DNA of 35,815 nt, taken from Candidatus Poribacteria bacterium (GTDB lineage Bacteria > Poribacteria > WGA-4E > UBA9662). Numbering within the stretch: position 1 is the first letter of the stretch; the number at the start of each line of letters is the position of its first letter. Where the stretch lies: positions 1-35,815 of the forward strand of contig JAYGDX010000101.1 of assembly GCA_046582655.1 (NCBI GenBank). The letters are read 5' to 3'. This document shows positions 17,954 to 28,317 of this stretch, in pieces. The notes beneath the pieces were generated by a model. The model did no database searches, was not told where the DNA came from, and was given only the letters and a program-made list of their open reading frames with translations. Position numbers and translations under genes: made by a program.

Positions 17954-19066
17954 TTAAGAAACGCGGTATTTTTCTGCGATGTGATTGTTTAAAGTGACTC
18001 CCAGTCCTGGAGTATCTGGTAGAGTTAACATTCCGTCTTTAAATGTGATATCGTGCAGTACTAGTTCTTGTGCTAATGGAGAAGGTGCACGCGTAAACTC
18101 AGTCAGTGGCTTTTGCCTGGCTGCAGCCCATTGTGTGGAAGCGGCCAGCAAAACGCCGGTCCCAAAGGCATGAGGAACAGCTCGACTTCCAGTTTCTTGA
18201 GCCAGTAAATCAATCTTTTGGCCTGCTGAAAATCCGCCAACTCGTCCAAGATCAGGTTGAACGATAGGTACTTTGCTTTGAATGATGAGTTGTTTGAAAT
18301 CCTTCTTTAGTGTTAGGGCTTCACCACTGGCAATTGGTATGGACGAGTTAGCGGAAAGTTCTCTGTATCCTTTTATATCGTATGGATTCAGTGGTTCTTC
18401 CAACCAATAAAGATCATATTTTTTGAGCTGTTCAACACGGGAGTAGGCAGTTTCCACGTCCCAAACGCGACCCGCATCCACCATCAGGTCAATTTCAGTT
18501 CCCAGTGCTTCACGTGCTGAGGCAACTAAGGATTCGTCCAGAGCGGGATCTGGTCCCATTGGTCCCCAGCCGTATTTCACTGCCTGATATCCTTGTTCTA
18601 AGAACGTCTCGGCTGAAGCGGTAATTTCTTCGGGTTGGTCAGGCCAGAGGACGCTAGCATAACATGGCACTTGATTAACTGCTGTTTGGCTCAGCAAGTT
18701 GCGCACCGGTTGGCCTAAAGTCTTACCGCGGATATCCCATAGCGCCATATCTATGCCGCTCATGGCTTGACGGACAACACCTCCTGGGCCGTACCAGATA
18801 GATCCGTCAATCATTTCTTGGGTTGCTAACTCGATTTCTTCTGCGAACATGCCTTCTACAATTGCGGCTAACCCGTGTCGGAATGGCGCTGAACGAGGAG
18901 CTTCGATGACAGCGCGTGCAACGTACGAACAGGATACTACTTCGCCTAAGCCTGTAATACCAGCGTCTGTATGTACTTGCACAAGAAGGCAGTCTTGCGT
19001 GCCATCAGCAATTTCTCGAACCACAGGTAAACGGAAATGGAGGGCTTCAACTTTAGTGACTTTCAT
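17954..19066 (-). CDS. Mandelate racemase/muconate lactonizing (enolase superfamily) enzyme, probable sugar-acid dehydratase
   Basis: 'TDAGITGLGE', 'AMSGIDMALWDIRGK', metal ligands in MVDA / LEEP / GE, 'QPD', 'PH', 'PGLGV'. Confidence 0.9.
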   Translation of the reverse strand: MKVTKVEALHFRLPVVREIADGTQDCLLVQVHTDAGITGLGEVVSCSYVARAVIEAPRSAPFRHGLAAIVEGMFAEEIELATQEMIDGSIWYGPGGVVRQAMSGIDMALWDIRGKTLGQPVRNLLSQTAVNQVPCYASVLWPDQPEEITASAETFLEQGYQAVKYGWGPMGPDPALDESLVASAREALGTEIDLMVDAGRVWDVETAYSRVEQLKKYDLYWLEEPLNPYDIKGYRELSANSSIPIASGEALTLKKDFKQLIIQSKVPIVQPDLGRVGGFSAGQKIDLLAQETGSRAVPHAFGTGVLLAASTQWAAARQKPLTEFTRAPSPLAQELVLHDITFKDGMLTLPDTPGLGVTLNNHIAEKYRVS

Positions 19067-19178
19067 TTTTGAATCATGTATCCTTTAGACATCTAAATAT
19101 GATCTGCATAATACTCAGGTACAAACCAGTTTCTGTTGGCGAAGATAGAAGGATAGGAGGTGAGAAAATAAATTGCTT

Positions 19179-21137
19179 TTACTTTACTTCCCAGTTTGGA
19201 TAGGAGGCAACCGGACTTGCCAACCTCCGATGTCGAATCGGGGCGTAGACACGATTCGGATTTGGCGCAGGTCGATCTTGGGTGAAGATTGAAAGTGCGC
19301 CATCAGCAAAGATTAGAATTTCATCTCGCGGATCTTCGACCACATCAGCAAAGATGATCTGTCCCTGTCTTTCTGGCAGAAGTCCAAGTTTCTGTCCATA
19401 GGCGTTCCACAGTCCATAAACTTGAGGGGAACTTCCTAGAAATAATAGTTCTTCACCATCACCGGTCCAGTTGACTGGCGTTCCTTGTTGTCCGACAAAA
19501 TCGGGTTGAAATGTCATCAAATGAGATCCATCACCTCCGTAGAAAGCACGAATGCCATAATTCCCCCATCTTGTGCCAACATGGATTTCCATACCAGGTA
19601 GGTCTTTTCTAAAACTTGCTGTGGATAGTCCTTGGGCATGACCTATCGGATGTTTGGCTATCAACTCACCAGTTTCCGCATCGCAGAGCATGAATCCCTC
19701 ACCACCACCGACAATTGCAATTTCTCCGCGTCCATCCTGATTGAAATCACCACCTACGCAACTGTCAACATGACGTCCAAAGGCGAACACTTCAAAGGAT
19801 TGTCCGCCCTCAATACGCCACCGGACTTCTCCATCGGGACCAAGGAGGTGATAACCCGCGCACACTTCTTCTCGGCCATCTCCGTCGAAATCGTAAAAAC
19901 TGATATGGTGTCCATGCCGAGGTTGATCAATAGTTGTCTGCCAACGTAAATTGAGCTCTTCATCGAAACACCATATTGCGTGCCCTCCCCCAGGATCGCA
20001 TTCCTTAGTCACAATATCACATGGGTTGTCACCGCAGCGCAGATGGGCAATGTAGAGTGAATCGATGGCTGCAGTTTGTCCTGGTTTTAGGTGGAAGACA
20101 CTTGTTTCGGGATATGGACGACGTGCTTTCTCAACACCATCATTACCGCTTATGACGACGAAATGGTTATCGGCCACTCCGGCTATGGTATGAATACCCT
20201 TGCCATCCATATCCACGGTTCGGATCATGTTGATTTGGCCGTTCGTTTCTCGTGTCCAGATTTCTTTGCCGTTTAGTGTTGTAGCAGTTAAGGAGGTTCT
20301 ACCCTTGGCAGTGATTGTATTAAATAAGAGATCGTGTTTATCCCCGCTACCAAATTGACCGATAGCGGTAATGTTGCCAGGGATGTTAATTTCTTGATGA
20401 AGAATCGGTTTTGGATAACGTGCTTGAATTTCTTCCAGATATTCTGCTTGACGTTGGCGTGAAATTGAAAGTGTGTTCACTTCCTCCGGGGACAGGGTCG
20501 CAGTTAGATGCTCAAATCTGGACAGCGAATTCGTTCGTATGCCCACAAGACCGTGTCTGTGAGCAGAATCAAAAACATCTCCTATTTTCTGGTTGTTGCA
20601 ATAGGCGCGAATCCGATTGCCGCGTACGTGAAGGTGCAAGTGATAGTATCGATTGGGGTCAATCCGCATCTCCTGACCTGCCAGTTCGGTATAGGAGTTA
20701 TTTTCACGACGATACAAAACGACACGATTCAGACCTTCCAGGCAGAGGAGGTAGTAGTGACGTACCGTCCACATTCTAGCCATCACACCGCACCTGGCAA
20801 TGGTTGCGTCTTCATCGTCAGGATTAGAGGCGGATGATCCAATCAGTTGACGGATGTCTGCTTCGATCCGACCGTCACGCCAATTGAGACTACCAGTAAC
20901 AAGCGCCTGATCACCCTTCATCCAATATTCCAAAATTCGGCGGTGGTCGCTGTCTTCGGTTGTAATCCGCCAAAAGCTAGCATGACGCCAGTTGGGTGGC
21001 GCGTTGAGTGGGCATATCCAGTCTGTGAAGGCAACGGTTTCCTCCGGGCTAGGTTCTAACTGTGGATTCAGTACATGACCAAGTGGTACGTTTCCAAGTT
21101 TCAATCTTCGGGTTAGACCATTACAATCTTCAGCCAT
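19179..21137 (-). CDS. ConA-like N-terminal domain fused to an FG-GAP/PL11 (rhamnogalacturonan lyase)-like beta-propeller; no signal peptide
   Basis: N-terminal 'YHLHLHVRGNRIRAYCN...GLVGIR...FEHL'; C-terminal 'GHHISFYDFDGDGREE', 'GDFNQDGRGEI', 'DLPGMEI', 'ADVVEDPRDEI'; SD GGAGG. Confidence 0.6.
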   Translation of the reverse strand: MAEDCNGLTRRLKLGNVPLGHVLNPQLEPSPEETVAFTDWICPLNAPPNWRHASFWRITTEDSDHRRILEYWMKGDQALVTGSLNWRDGRIEADIRQLIGSSASNPDDEDATIARCGVMARMWTVRHYYLLCLEGLNRVVLYRRENNSYTELAGQEMRIDPNRYYHLHLHVRGNRIRAYCNNQKIGDVFDSAHRHGLVGIRTNSLSRFEHLTATLSPEEVNTLSISRQRQAEYLEEIQARYPKPILHQEINIPGNITAIGQFGSGDKHDLLFNTITAKGRTSLTATTLNGKEIWTRETNGQINMIRTVDMDGKGIHTIAGVADNHFVVISGNDGVEKARRPYPETSVFHLKPGQTAAIDSLYIAHLRCGDNPCDIVTKECDPGGGHAIWCFDEELNLRWQTTIDQPRHGHHISFYDFDGDGREEVCAGYHLLGPDGEVRWRIEGGQSFEVFAFGRHVDSCVGGDFNQDGRGEIAIVGGGEGFMLCDAETGELIAKHPIGHAQGLSTASFRKDLPGMEIHVGTRWGNYGIRAFYGGDGSHLMTFQPDFVGQQGTPVNWTGDGEELLFLGSSPQVYGLWNAYGQKLGLLPERQGQIIFADVVEDPRDEILIFADGALSIFTQDRPAPNPNRVYAPIRHRRLASPVASYPNWEVK

Positions 21138-21172
21138 ATCACATTACCTCCAAGATAACTATTTCTGTCTAG

Positions 21173-22648
21173 TTAGCGAAATACCGCGCCTTTATCCAGA
21201 TACCATGTGTCTTCAACATGAGAGCGTTGCACAATTTCCTTTAAAGGGGAAGTCCCATTCTCTCTCTCTGCCCATATTGTTTCCTTGGTAAAATAGATCT
21301 CCTCTGGATTTGGACCATTTGTTAACGCTTCGCACAATATTCGACCGTCATGTCCACCGGTAGGTTCAATCCCAAGCAGATGCAATGCTGTTAAACCCAC
21401 ATCGATGTTTCCGGATGGAACCTGACTGACCAGGCCGGATTTCAAACTTGGACCGTTGGCAAACAGCATTGTTCGCAACTCAAATGGGCTAATACTACCA
21501 TGCCCGCAACGACTGCCACCGGTCGATGTGCCACGAATACCATTAGCATTCGTTTGACAAGACCAGTCATAGGCGTACAATATATCGCCGGCACGGGGAT
21601 GGTCATTTCCTATTAGTTGTAATGATAATGTGCCATCAGCGTGCCCGTACTTTTGATCGCTGGATTCAGAGTGACGCGTGAAAATGGGGCCACACCAAGT
21701 TTCCCCCTGCAAGAAACGCACAATTTGATGAATTCGATCGGCATCGTTATCTTCGACGTAGATGTGAGTATCCACACAAATAACGTCCGTCGATTTCTCT
21801 GAGGTTTTAAGTCCTGCTTCAACTAGTTTTTGTGTGATCTTAACTGGTTGTTCATGGGTCACGAAACCATGGTCTGACAGGACAAAAATATCTGTTTCCA
21901 TCGTAAGTGATTTCACTGTTGACAAGATTCGACCTAGATTGTCGTCCATATGTCGAATTGCTTCCATATTTTTAACGGAGCCGAGACCATAATGGTGTTG
22001 GGTATAATCAGGATCTGACAACCAGACATAGGTCAGATTAGGTTTGATCTCAGGTAAGATATATTTCGTCAGTACATCTATGGCGTATGTGTTGCGGCCG
22101 ATGTTAGGATGGTCAGCCTCAGGGGCAGAACCAAATTGTTTTATAATAGACGAAGATTCCGGCAAAACATAGCTGTGATTGACGATTAAACCGTCCTGTT
22201 GGTGATTCAACAAAAATGCCGCACCAGTTGAGCATGAAGTTGCTGTCGCAACTGTTCCTCCTGACTTTGCGACAATATGAGCGATAGAATCGGTTGTTAG
22301 TAATTGATGATTCGTTACTTGGTTGAAAGCTAATAGATTGTGATAATCACCAGTTGATATGCCACGGTATGGGGCAAGCTCCGTTACCAGTATGTTGTTG
22401 CCCATTAGGCCATGTGTTGTTGGGTAGGCACCAGTTGAAATGGAAGCCGAGTTCAAGCGGGTTAGTGTTGGAAAACAGGAATGATTATCGGCAAACGTTA
22501 CACCGCTTTGTGCGAATTTGAGCAGATTGGGCGTGTTTTTGCAGCTCACTAGGTCTGGACGCATACCGTCCCAAACCATGATAATGATATGTTCAGAACG
22601 TTTTTGCCGAGGATGCTTTACCAAGATATTTTCCGGCAGTGTTAACAC
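21173..22648 (-). CDS. Alkaline-phosphatase-superfamily nucleotide pyrophosphatase/phosphodiesterase
   Basis: 'WDGMRPD', 'FPTLT' (Thr nucleophile), 'DPDYTQH', 'SDHG', 'GHG'; no signal peptide. Confidence 0.85.
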   Translation of the reverse strand: MLTLPENILVKHPRQKRSEHIIIMVWDGMRPDLVSCKNTPNLLKFAQSGVTFADNHSCFPTLTRLNSASISTGAYPTTHGLMGNNILVTELAPYRGISTGDYHNLLAFNQVTNHQLLTTDSIAHIVAKSGGTVATATSCSTGAAFLLNHQQDGLIVNHSYVLPESSSIIKQFGSAPEADHPNIGRNTYAIDVLTKYILPEIKPNLTYVWLSDPDYTQHHYGLGSVKNMEAIRHMDDNLGRILSTVKSLTMETDIFVLSDHGFVTHEQPVKITQKLVEAGLKTSEKSTDVICVDTHIYVEDNDADRIHQIVRFLQGETWCGPIFTRHSESSDQKYGHADGTLSLQLIGNDHPRAGDILYAYDWSCQTNANGIRGTSTGGSRCGHGSISPFELRTMLFANGPSLKSGLVSQVPSGNIDVGLTALHLLGIEPTGGHDGRILCEALTNGPNPEEIYFTKETIWAERENGTSPLKEIVQRSHVEDTWYLDKGAVFR

Positions 22649-22774
22649 AGTAAAGTTTAGTGATGATTCTTGTGGTTATTGTGCGTTGACTGGTTGTATC
22701 GCGCAGTTGTGAGAGTTGAAGTGATATAAAACTCGATCTGGACAAAATACTAGGCCGGTTTTGACTTTTTTCCG

Positions 22775-23734
22775 CTAAACAAATTCCAAATACTCTGTTG
22801 CGTTGGTTTCTTGCCATTGAAACTGAAATTCTACTTTCTCATGTGGTTGGAAAGATACAGTTACGTCCTCAATCGGTGTTCCAAGGACTTCAATTTGGTC
22901 TAAGTCTGCCACGCCGAGCCCCATCTCGTTGGCGTAATGAAATAACCCGATATCTGCTGGATTGAATCCCATTGCCTTGGTAGTTACGGCATCGGCAGAA
23001 AATACGTCAGCGCTAGCGACACCGATATTAAGGTCTACACTGTCAGTACCGCCAGGCCCATTTCCCTGTAAACCGGTTGTTCCATCAATGATCCCAATAT
23101 CTGGTTTCAAGTATTTGGATAAACGGATCAAGTTAATGTTGAGTATCTGTGCTTCCCGTGGGAGTTCGCGATCGGAGTGACTACAGTATCCATGCATTTT
23201 AACCCGATCTTCCTTGTGTAATGTGCCCATAATCATATTTTTCAATGCCAGCGTTACAACGTCTACATCATGTGTTTTTGCCACAGCTACTGAGATGGTA
23301 CATGGACAATCCAGAACGATCTTAGGCATTCTTACTGGTACTCGACTCTTATCGGCAAGGATAATGTTAGTCGTTTCCCATTCTGCTTCTTGATGGATAT
23401 CGTAAAGCTGGATTGATACGTCATATTCATTGATCAAATTTTGATATCCGAAATTATCAAAGGATTCACCTGAATAGTCTTCATTGGCTCCTTCAGCGAT
23501 AATAATCTCCGTTGGAGGTACTGGTGTGGTCAGCAAGAAATCGATTGTTCCCCGAATGGCATCAACGTGGGTTGAGGCCAGTTGATTTTTGTTTGATAAG
23601 AAGTTTGGTTTTAGCATGACTTGAGGCGTTAGCTTCGGAATGATTTCTTCTTGTACCAGATCCAAGGCATGATGGATGTTTTGACGGCGGTTGACTGTTT
23701 GGGCTAGGCCCACTTTGGTTTTCTCAATACGCAT
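22775..23734 (-). CDS. DUF362 domain protein
   Basis: 'LKPN', 'IIIAEG', 'KTH....TLALKNM', 'IIDG...QGNGP..G', 'DAVT...MG'; SD AAGGA. Confidence 0.8.
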   Translation of the reverse strand: MRIEKTKVGLAQTVNRRQNIHHALDLVQEEIIPKLTPQVMLKPNFLSNKNQLASTHVDAIRGTIDFLLTTPVPPTEIIIAEGANEDYSGESFDNFGYQNLINEYDVSIQLYDIHQEAEWETTNIILADKSRVPVRMPKIVLDCPCTISVAVAKTHDVDVVTLALKNMIMGTLHKEDRVKMHGYCSHSDRELPREAQILNINLIRLSKYLKPDIGIIDGTTGLQGNGPGGTDSVDLNIGVASADVFSADAVTTKAMGFNPADIGLFHYANEMGLGVADLDQIEVLGTPIEDVTVSFQPHEKVEFQFQWQETNATEYLEFV

Positions 23735-23906
23735 TGGTGTTTTCCTTTCTCTGGGTTATGAATTGTGGGAGATTTTATGACCTCTCAATTTCTAGGAACG
23801 GGGTTGAATTAATCTGGCAAGTTATGGTAGTGTTGTTCGATCGACAGTTGTTCCCAGATTCCTTTTCAACAGTATATCACAATAGTTAATATGAGATATG
23901 GTGTTC

Positions 23907-23988
23907 TGCTGCAAATTTTATGCAGCACGGTTTTTTATCCCTTATCTATTCTAACCAGTTTTTTTATTAACCTCAAGTGAGAGGTTAA
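23907..23988. promoter_or_regulatory. Two short inverted repeats in a divergent intergenic region (candidate operators or hairpins)
   Basis: TGCTGCA-N7-TGCAGCA (23907-23927, followed by CGGTTTTTT) and TTAACCTC-N6-GAGGTTAA (23967-23988); TATAAT at 24026-24031. Confidence 0.35.
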
Positions 23989-24073
23989 CCAATCAAACTT
24001 GATTCCAAAAATAGGATACCTGATGTATAATGCCTATTGTGTAAGAAAATAAAAATCAATACGGGGAAATCGG

Positions 24074-24874
24074 ATGGAACATACTATTGGTTGTACTACA
24101 CGTCCGTATGCTTCGGTTTCATTTGCAGAAGCTTGCGAGCATATTGCGGAGGCGGGATATAGTGATGTTGCTGTCTTTGGCAATGCAGGATCAGTTGCTA
24201 TTAATTCCAACAGTAGTCGGCAAGATGTTGAAAATACGCGTAGAGCAGCGGAAAAGACAGGGCTTACGCCGTCTTTGCTTATTGGTGGTACACAGTTGAA
24301 TCTGGGGTTGGAAGCAGCAGTTGAAGATTATCGACGCCTGATTGAGAATACGGCAGCGTTGGGAGCCTCTTGGTTACTTGATTGCGGTACGTCAAACGCG
24401 ACTCATTATGATGATTACTATGCCTTGATGCAGGAGGCATCTCCACATGCGGAAGCCTGTGGGGTTACCATTACACTTAAACCTCATGGTGGGATTACGT
24501 TAACGGTACAGGATTTGATAAAAGCCTACAATCAAGTGAATCGTTCCGGTTTTGGAATCTGCTATGATCCGGGTAATATTATTTATTACACTAAGGGGGA
24601 GCACCAACCGGAAACAGATCTAGACCTATTGGCTCCAAAGGTATCAAATTTGATTATTAAAGATTGTGTTTTGAACAATGGTAAACCTGATGTGATGGTT
24701 ACTCCCGGAGAGGGTTTGGTTGATTTTGGAGAGGTGATAGCCATCTTGCGAACAGGCAGTTTCCAAGGACCAATGTATGTGGAATGTGTTGGGGGGAAAT
24801 CCTTGGACGAAATTAATCATAATGTGAGATCAACGCTGGGTTTTCTTGGGAATTTAACAACTGCCAATCAATAA
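24074..24874 (+). CDS. Sugar phosphate isomerase/epimerase-family (AP_endonuc_2) TIM barrel
   Basis: 'LKPHGG', 'YDPGN', 'IKD', 'PGEGLVDF', 'FQGPMYVE'. Confidence 0.85.
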   Translation: MEHTIGCTTRPYASVSFAEACEHIAEAGYSDVAVFGNAGSVAINSNSSRQDVENTRRAAEKTGLTPSLLIGGTQLNLGLEAAVEDYRRLIENTAALGASWLLDCGTSNATHYDDYYALMQEASPHAEACGVTITLKPHGGITLTVQDLIKAYNQVNRSGFGICYDPGNIIYYTKGEHQPETDLDLLAPKVSNLIIKDCVLNNGKPDVMVTPGEGLVDFGEVIAILRTGSFQGPMYVECVGGKSLDEINHNVRSTLGFLGNLTTANQ

Positions 24875-24895
24875 ATGTTTGAACATCATAGTTGA

Positions 24896-25870
24896 ATGCA
24901 ACATATAATACTGGATACAGATCCAGGTGTTGATGATGCACTGGCAATCGCTCTGGCAGTCAATTCGTCTGGATTGAAGGTAGAAGCGGTTACCACGGTG
25001 AATGGTAATGTCGGTGTTGATTGCTGTACCCGTAACCTTTCATTAATTCTTGGAGCCCTGGGCAACACGAAGGTGCCGATTATAGCGAAAGGAGAATCTC
25101 AGCCGTTGTCTGTTTCTCCTGTTGATGCTTCTCATGTTCATGGTAGCGATGGATTGGGAGATGTAACCCGGCTTTGTGATTCAAGTGGAAATCGGTGCTA
25201 TCCGGATATGCCTTTACCTGCTGTCGCGGCTTGTGCTGTGGACGTGATTCTGACATTAGTTAAACGGTATCCAGACCAGATTACCTTATTGTGTATCGGT
25301 CCCTTAACAAACATCGCTAAGGCAATTCTCACTCACCCAATTGAAATGAAGAAAACCAGGGAGATTATACTGATGGGTGGTGCTTTTGAGGTCTACGGGA
25401 ATGTAACGGTAAGTGCCGAATTTAATGTTTACGCAGACCCACATGCGGCACAAGTCGTCTTTGACTCGGAAATTCCAATTACGGTTGTACCGTTAGATGT
25501 AACCCACCAGGTTCTGCTTAATGCCAAGCAATTTGAGAAAATGTGCATTCGACATAATGGAAAGTGGGGTCGATTTCTTTTGGACTGTACCAGGTCTTGT
25601 TTTGAATTTCACTGCCGATATGAGGGCCTTGATGGTTTTTACCTACATGATCCGGTAGCAGTTGGGTACTTAGAACATCCAGGTTTTTTTGATACTGTTC
25701 CAGCTTATGTACAGGTAGAAACAGTTGGTGAACTGTCACGTGGTCGAACGGTTGCTGATTTACGCTCAGATCGTATTGATCGACCGAAACCTAATGCCCA
25801 GGTGTGTGTCGGAATTAACACTGGTCAGTTTTTAGGTTATTTTTTAGATCGTATTTTTGCATTTGCATAA
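24896..25870 (+). CDS. Inosine/uridine-preferring nucleoside hydrolase family
   Basis: 'DTDPGVDD', 'HGSDGLG', 'GPLTN', 'MGG...GN...AEFN..ADP.AA', 'HDP'. Confidence 0.92.
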   Translation: MQHIILDTDPGVDDALAIALAVNSSGLKVEAVTTVNGNVGVDCCTRNLSLILGALGNTKVPIIAKGESQPLSVSPVDASHVHGSDGLGDVTRLCDSSGNRCYPDMPLPAVAACAVDVILTLVKRYPDQITLLCIGPLTNIAKAILTHPIEMKKTREIILMGGAFEVYGNVTVSAEFNVYADPHAAQVVFDSEIPITVVPLDVTHQVLLNAKQFEKMCIRHNGKWGRFLLDCTRSCFEFHCRYEGLDGFYLHDPVAVGYLEHPGFFDTVPAYVQVETVGELSRGRTVADLRSDRIDRPKPNAQVCVGINTGQFLGYFLDRIFAFA

Positions 25871-25884
25871 AAGAGAGGCCAAAT

Positions 25885-27276
25885 ATGCAAGGTAAAATGA
25901 TTCGTCTGGTTGTTGAGGTTTTTGCGTCTTCTAATTTTAGAGGTAAAAGTAGTTTCATCATTGAACCGATTAGACATACCAACGAGATTGGTTTGCATGA
26001 TCGAATTGCATCGCTCAGGGTGTATCGGGGACCACATTACGCCAATCCAAACTATAAAGTTATCTTGTATCAGCATGTTGATTTCCAAGGTAAGAAAATT
26101 GGGCTTGGGCCAGGGTACTATCCGTACTTGAATGACACGGCCTACAATTTCAGTGATATGATTTCCTCCATCAATTTCGGCTCCATGTCGACCCCCACAG
26201 GGCCTGAGTGGGGAACAATTCCCATTGTCGTTGAGTGTTATGAACATGTCGATTTCAAGGGGCGCAGAATTACGATTTTAAGAGATGTGGCCAATTTGCG
26301 GGATGCACAGGGCGGTACATGGTTTGAAGACATGGTGTCTTCGATTCGTGTTTTTAAAGGGCCTGACTTTCCTTCTACGCCAGTAGAGATTATTTTTTAT
26401 GAGCATCCTGAATTTGAAGGTGCGCAGTTGCCGATACACATGAATCCGACTGATCGAGTAAAAGAGATATCGAATTTGCATTTACTCCCTCAGAATTTCG
26501 GTGATAGTGTTTCTGCTATAAAGATTCAGAGTTGGGCGTCATCCGGTGAGTTTACAGGGCTTGTTTTTGAGGATGAGTTTTTGGGTAATGAAATGCGTCG
26601 AGAGTGGAGATGGGAAGATCCTGACGGTGGAGGGTCCTGGTCCGAGCGTCAAGGCTACTTGGAAATGCGAGCAGAGCCGGGACAAGATCTCTGGCACGGC
26701 AGTAATGGACGTGGAGGGAATATGGATGCCCCGCGTCTGTTAACTGAAGTATCAGGCGATTTTTCTATTGAGTGTCGAATTCCAGTTTCGGCGCAACTGA
26801 AGGAACATGGGGGACTGATTGTCTGGAAGCATCCGCATCGTTTTATACGACTTGAAAAAACTTCAGGACCTCATGGCTTTAGAGGAGATGTCCGTTTTGA
26901 ACGTCATGTGAATGGCGTTTTCAATCTTATTGGCCGTGGACAGGATATGCAGAAGGTTCGAGAGCTGTTTCTAAGGTTGGAGCGTCGGGGAAACACGTTT
27001 TCCGGCTTTGCAAGCGAAGATGCTATCCATTGGAAGAGTTGTGGGCAAACAAATGTTGGTATGGGCGATCCAGTGCGGGTTGGGTTGCACGCGCTTTGTC
27101 CGGGGAATATACCTCCAACATTGACTCGTTTTGATTACTTCCGTATTTTTAAGCGGCAGAGCGAGGCTGCGCAATACTTGGCGAGATTTCCTGCTTTAGT
27201 GGGACGAGTGAGTGATGAAGATGCTAGGCGTAGAGAAGCAGAACAGCGTAGGCGAGCGATGCGAGATCTGGTTTAG
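25885..27276 (+). CDS. Two beta-gamma-crystallin domains fused to a DUF1349/ConA-like domain
   Basis: Four Greek-key motifs (F/YxxxxFxG ... DxI/VxS/A); C-terminal 'DLW...APRLL..VSGDFSIE', 'GGLIVW', 'LRLERRGNTFSGFAS.D..HW', 'VRVGL', 'FDYFRI'. Confidence 0.8.
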   Translation: MQGKMIRLVVEVFASSNFRGKSSFIIEPIRHTNEIGLHDRIASLRVYRGPHYANPNYKVILYQHVDFQGKKIGLGPGYYPYLNDTAYNFSDMISSINFGSMSTPTGPEWGTIPIVVECYEHVDFKGRRITILRDVANLRDAQGGTWFEDMVSSIRVFKGPDFPSTPVEIIFYEHPEFEGAQLPIHMNPTDRVKEISNLHLLPQNFGDSVSAIKIQSWASSGEFTGLVFEDEFLGNEMRREWRWEDPDGGGSWSERQGYLEMRAEPGQDLWHGSNGRGGNMDAPRLLTEVSGDFSIECRIPVSAQLKEHGGLIVWKHPHRFIRLEKTSGPHGFRGDVRFERHVNGVFNLIGRGQDMQKVRELFLRLERRGNTFSGFASEDAIHWKSCGQTNVGMGDPVRVGLHALCPGNIPPTLTRFDYFRIFKRQSEAAQYLARFPALVGRVSDEDARRREAEQRRRAMRDLV

Positions 27277-27376
27277 TTTGGAAGAGGCGGGTTGAGGTTC
27301 CCAAAACTTTGTGGGGTTTACAGGAATTGGTTCCATTAGCAATTTAGTGATTTAATTTATCATAAGGGAGAAAGCA

Positions 27377-28255
27377 ATGAAATTACTCAGTTACTTGGAC
27401 AATGACGAAGTAAAACCAGGGATATGTGACGGTGAAACCGTCTATGACATTTCTTCGGTTAGTGCTTCGATTTCTAATTTACTAGATGCACATGGTACTG
27501 ATCTGCAGGTTGTTGAAAAAACTCATGCTGAGGGAAATTTAACGGAAGTTGGATCCGTGAACAGTGTGCTTTTTAAACCGCCAGTTTATTATCCACGAAA
27601 ATTACTGTGTGTGGCTGGAAACTATGTGGCCCATATTGAGGAAGGGGGCGGAAAACTTCAACCGGAACATACACAGGCACCCTGGTTGTTTTGCGTTCCT
27701 CCAACCAGCGTGATGATAGGACATGGTGAAGAGATTCAACTTTTGCCTCAGGCTCAGAAGATAGATTACGAAGGTGAGTTGGCTGTTGTTATCGGCCGTG
27801 AGGCTAAAAGCATAGCCGCTAAGGATGCCGCGGACTACATTGTTGGATATACAATCTACAACGATGTTTCGGAACGGACACCTTTTATGATTGAGCATGT
27901 TGAGGAGAAGCGACAGTTGTCGTTCTGGTATACCAAATCTTTCGATACATTTGGGCCAAACGGGCCATTTATAACCACGGCTGATGAGATTGCTGATCCA
28001 CAGGATCTGACAATTCGGGTGAATGTTAATGGTGAAGAACGACAGAATTGCAGTACCAGCCAAATGATTTTCTCTGTCTATGAGCTCGTCGAGTTCCTGA
28101 CTAGTTTTTTGACGCTTGAACCTGGTGATATCATTGCTACTGGCACACCTGCAGGTGTTGGTTCGGCAACCGGATTTTTCCTAAAAGGCGGCGATACAGT
28201 ACAGATTTCAATTGACGGTTTAGGGGCCTTGGAAAATTCTGTTGTGCAAACTTAG
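27377..28255 (+). CDS. Fumarylacetoacetate hydrolase-family protein
   Basis: 'GNYVAH', 'DYEGELAVVIG', 'NDVSER', 'KSFDTFGP.GP', 'GDIIATGTPAGVG'. Confidence 0.92.
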   Translation: MKLLSYLDNDEVKPGICDGETVYDISSVSASISNLLDAHGTDLQVVEKTHAEGNLTEVGSVNSVLFKPPVYYPRKLLCVAGNYVAHIEEGGGKLQPEHTQAPWLFCVPPTSVMIGHGEEIQLLPQAQKIDYEGELAVVIGREAKSIAAKDAADYIVGYTIYNDVSERTPFMIEHVEEKRQLSFWYTKSFDTFGPNGPFITTADEIADPQDLTIRVNVNGEERQNCSTSQMIFSVYELVEFLTSFLTLEPGDIIATGTPAGVGSATGFFLKGGDTVQISIDGLGALENSVVQT

Positions 28256-28317
28256 ATCTATTGCCATTACATAGTTGAATTGATTGCCTTAATACCCCAT
28301 GTTTTAGGAGAACCATT

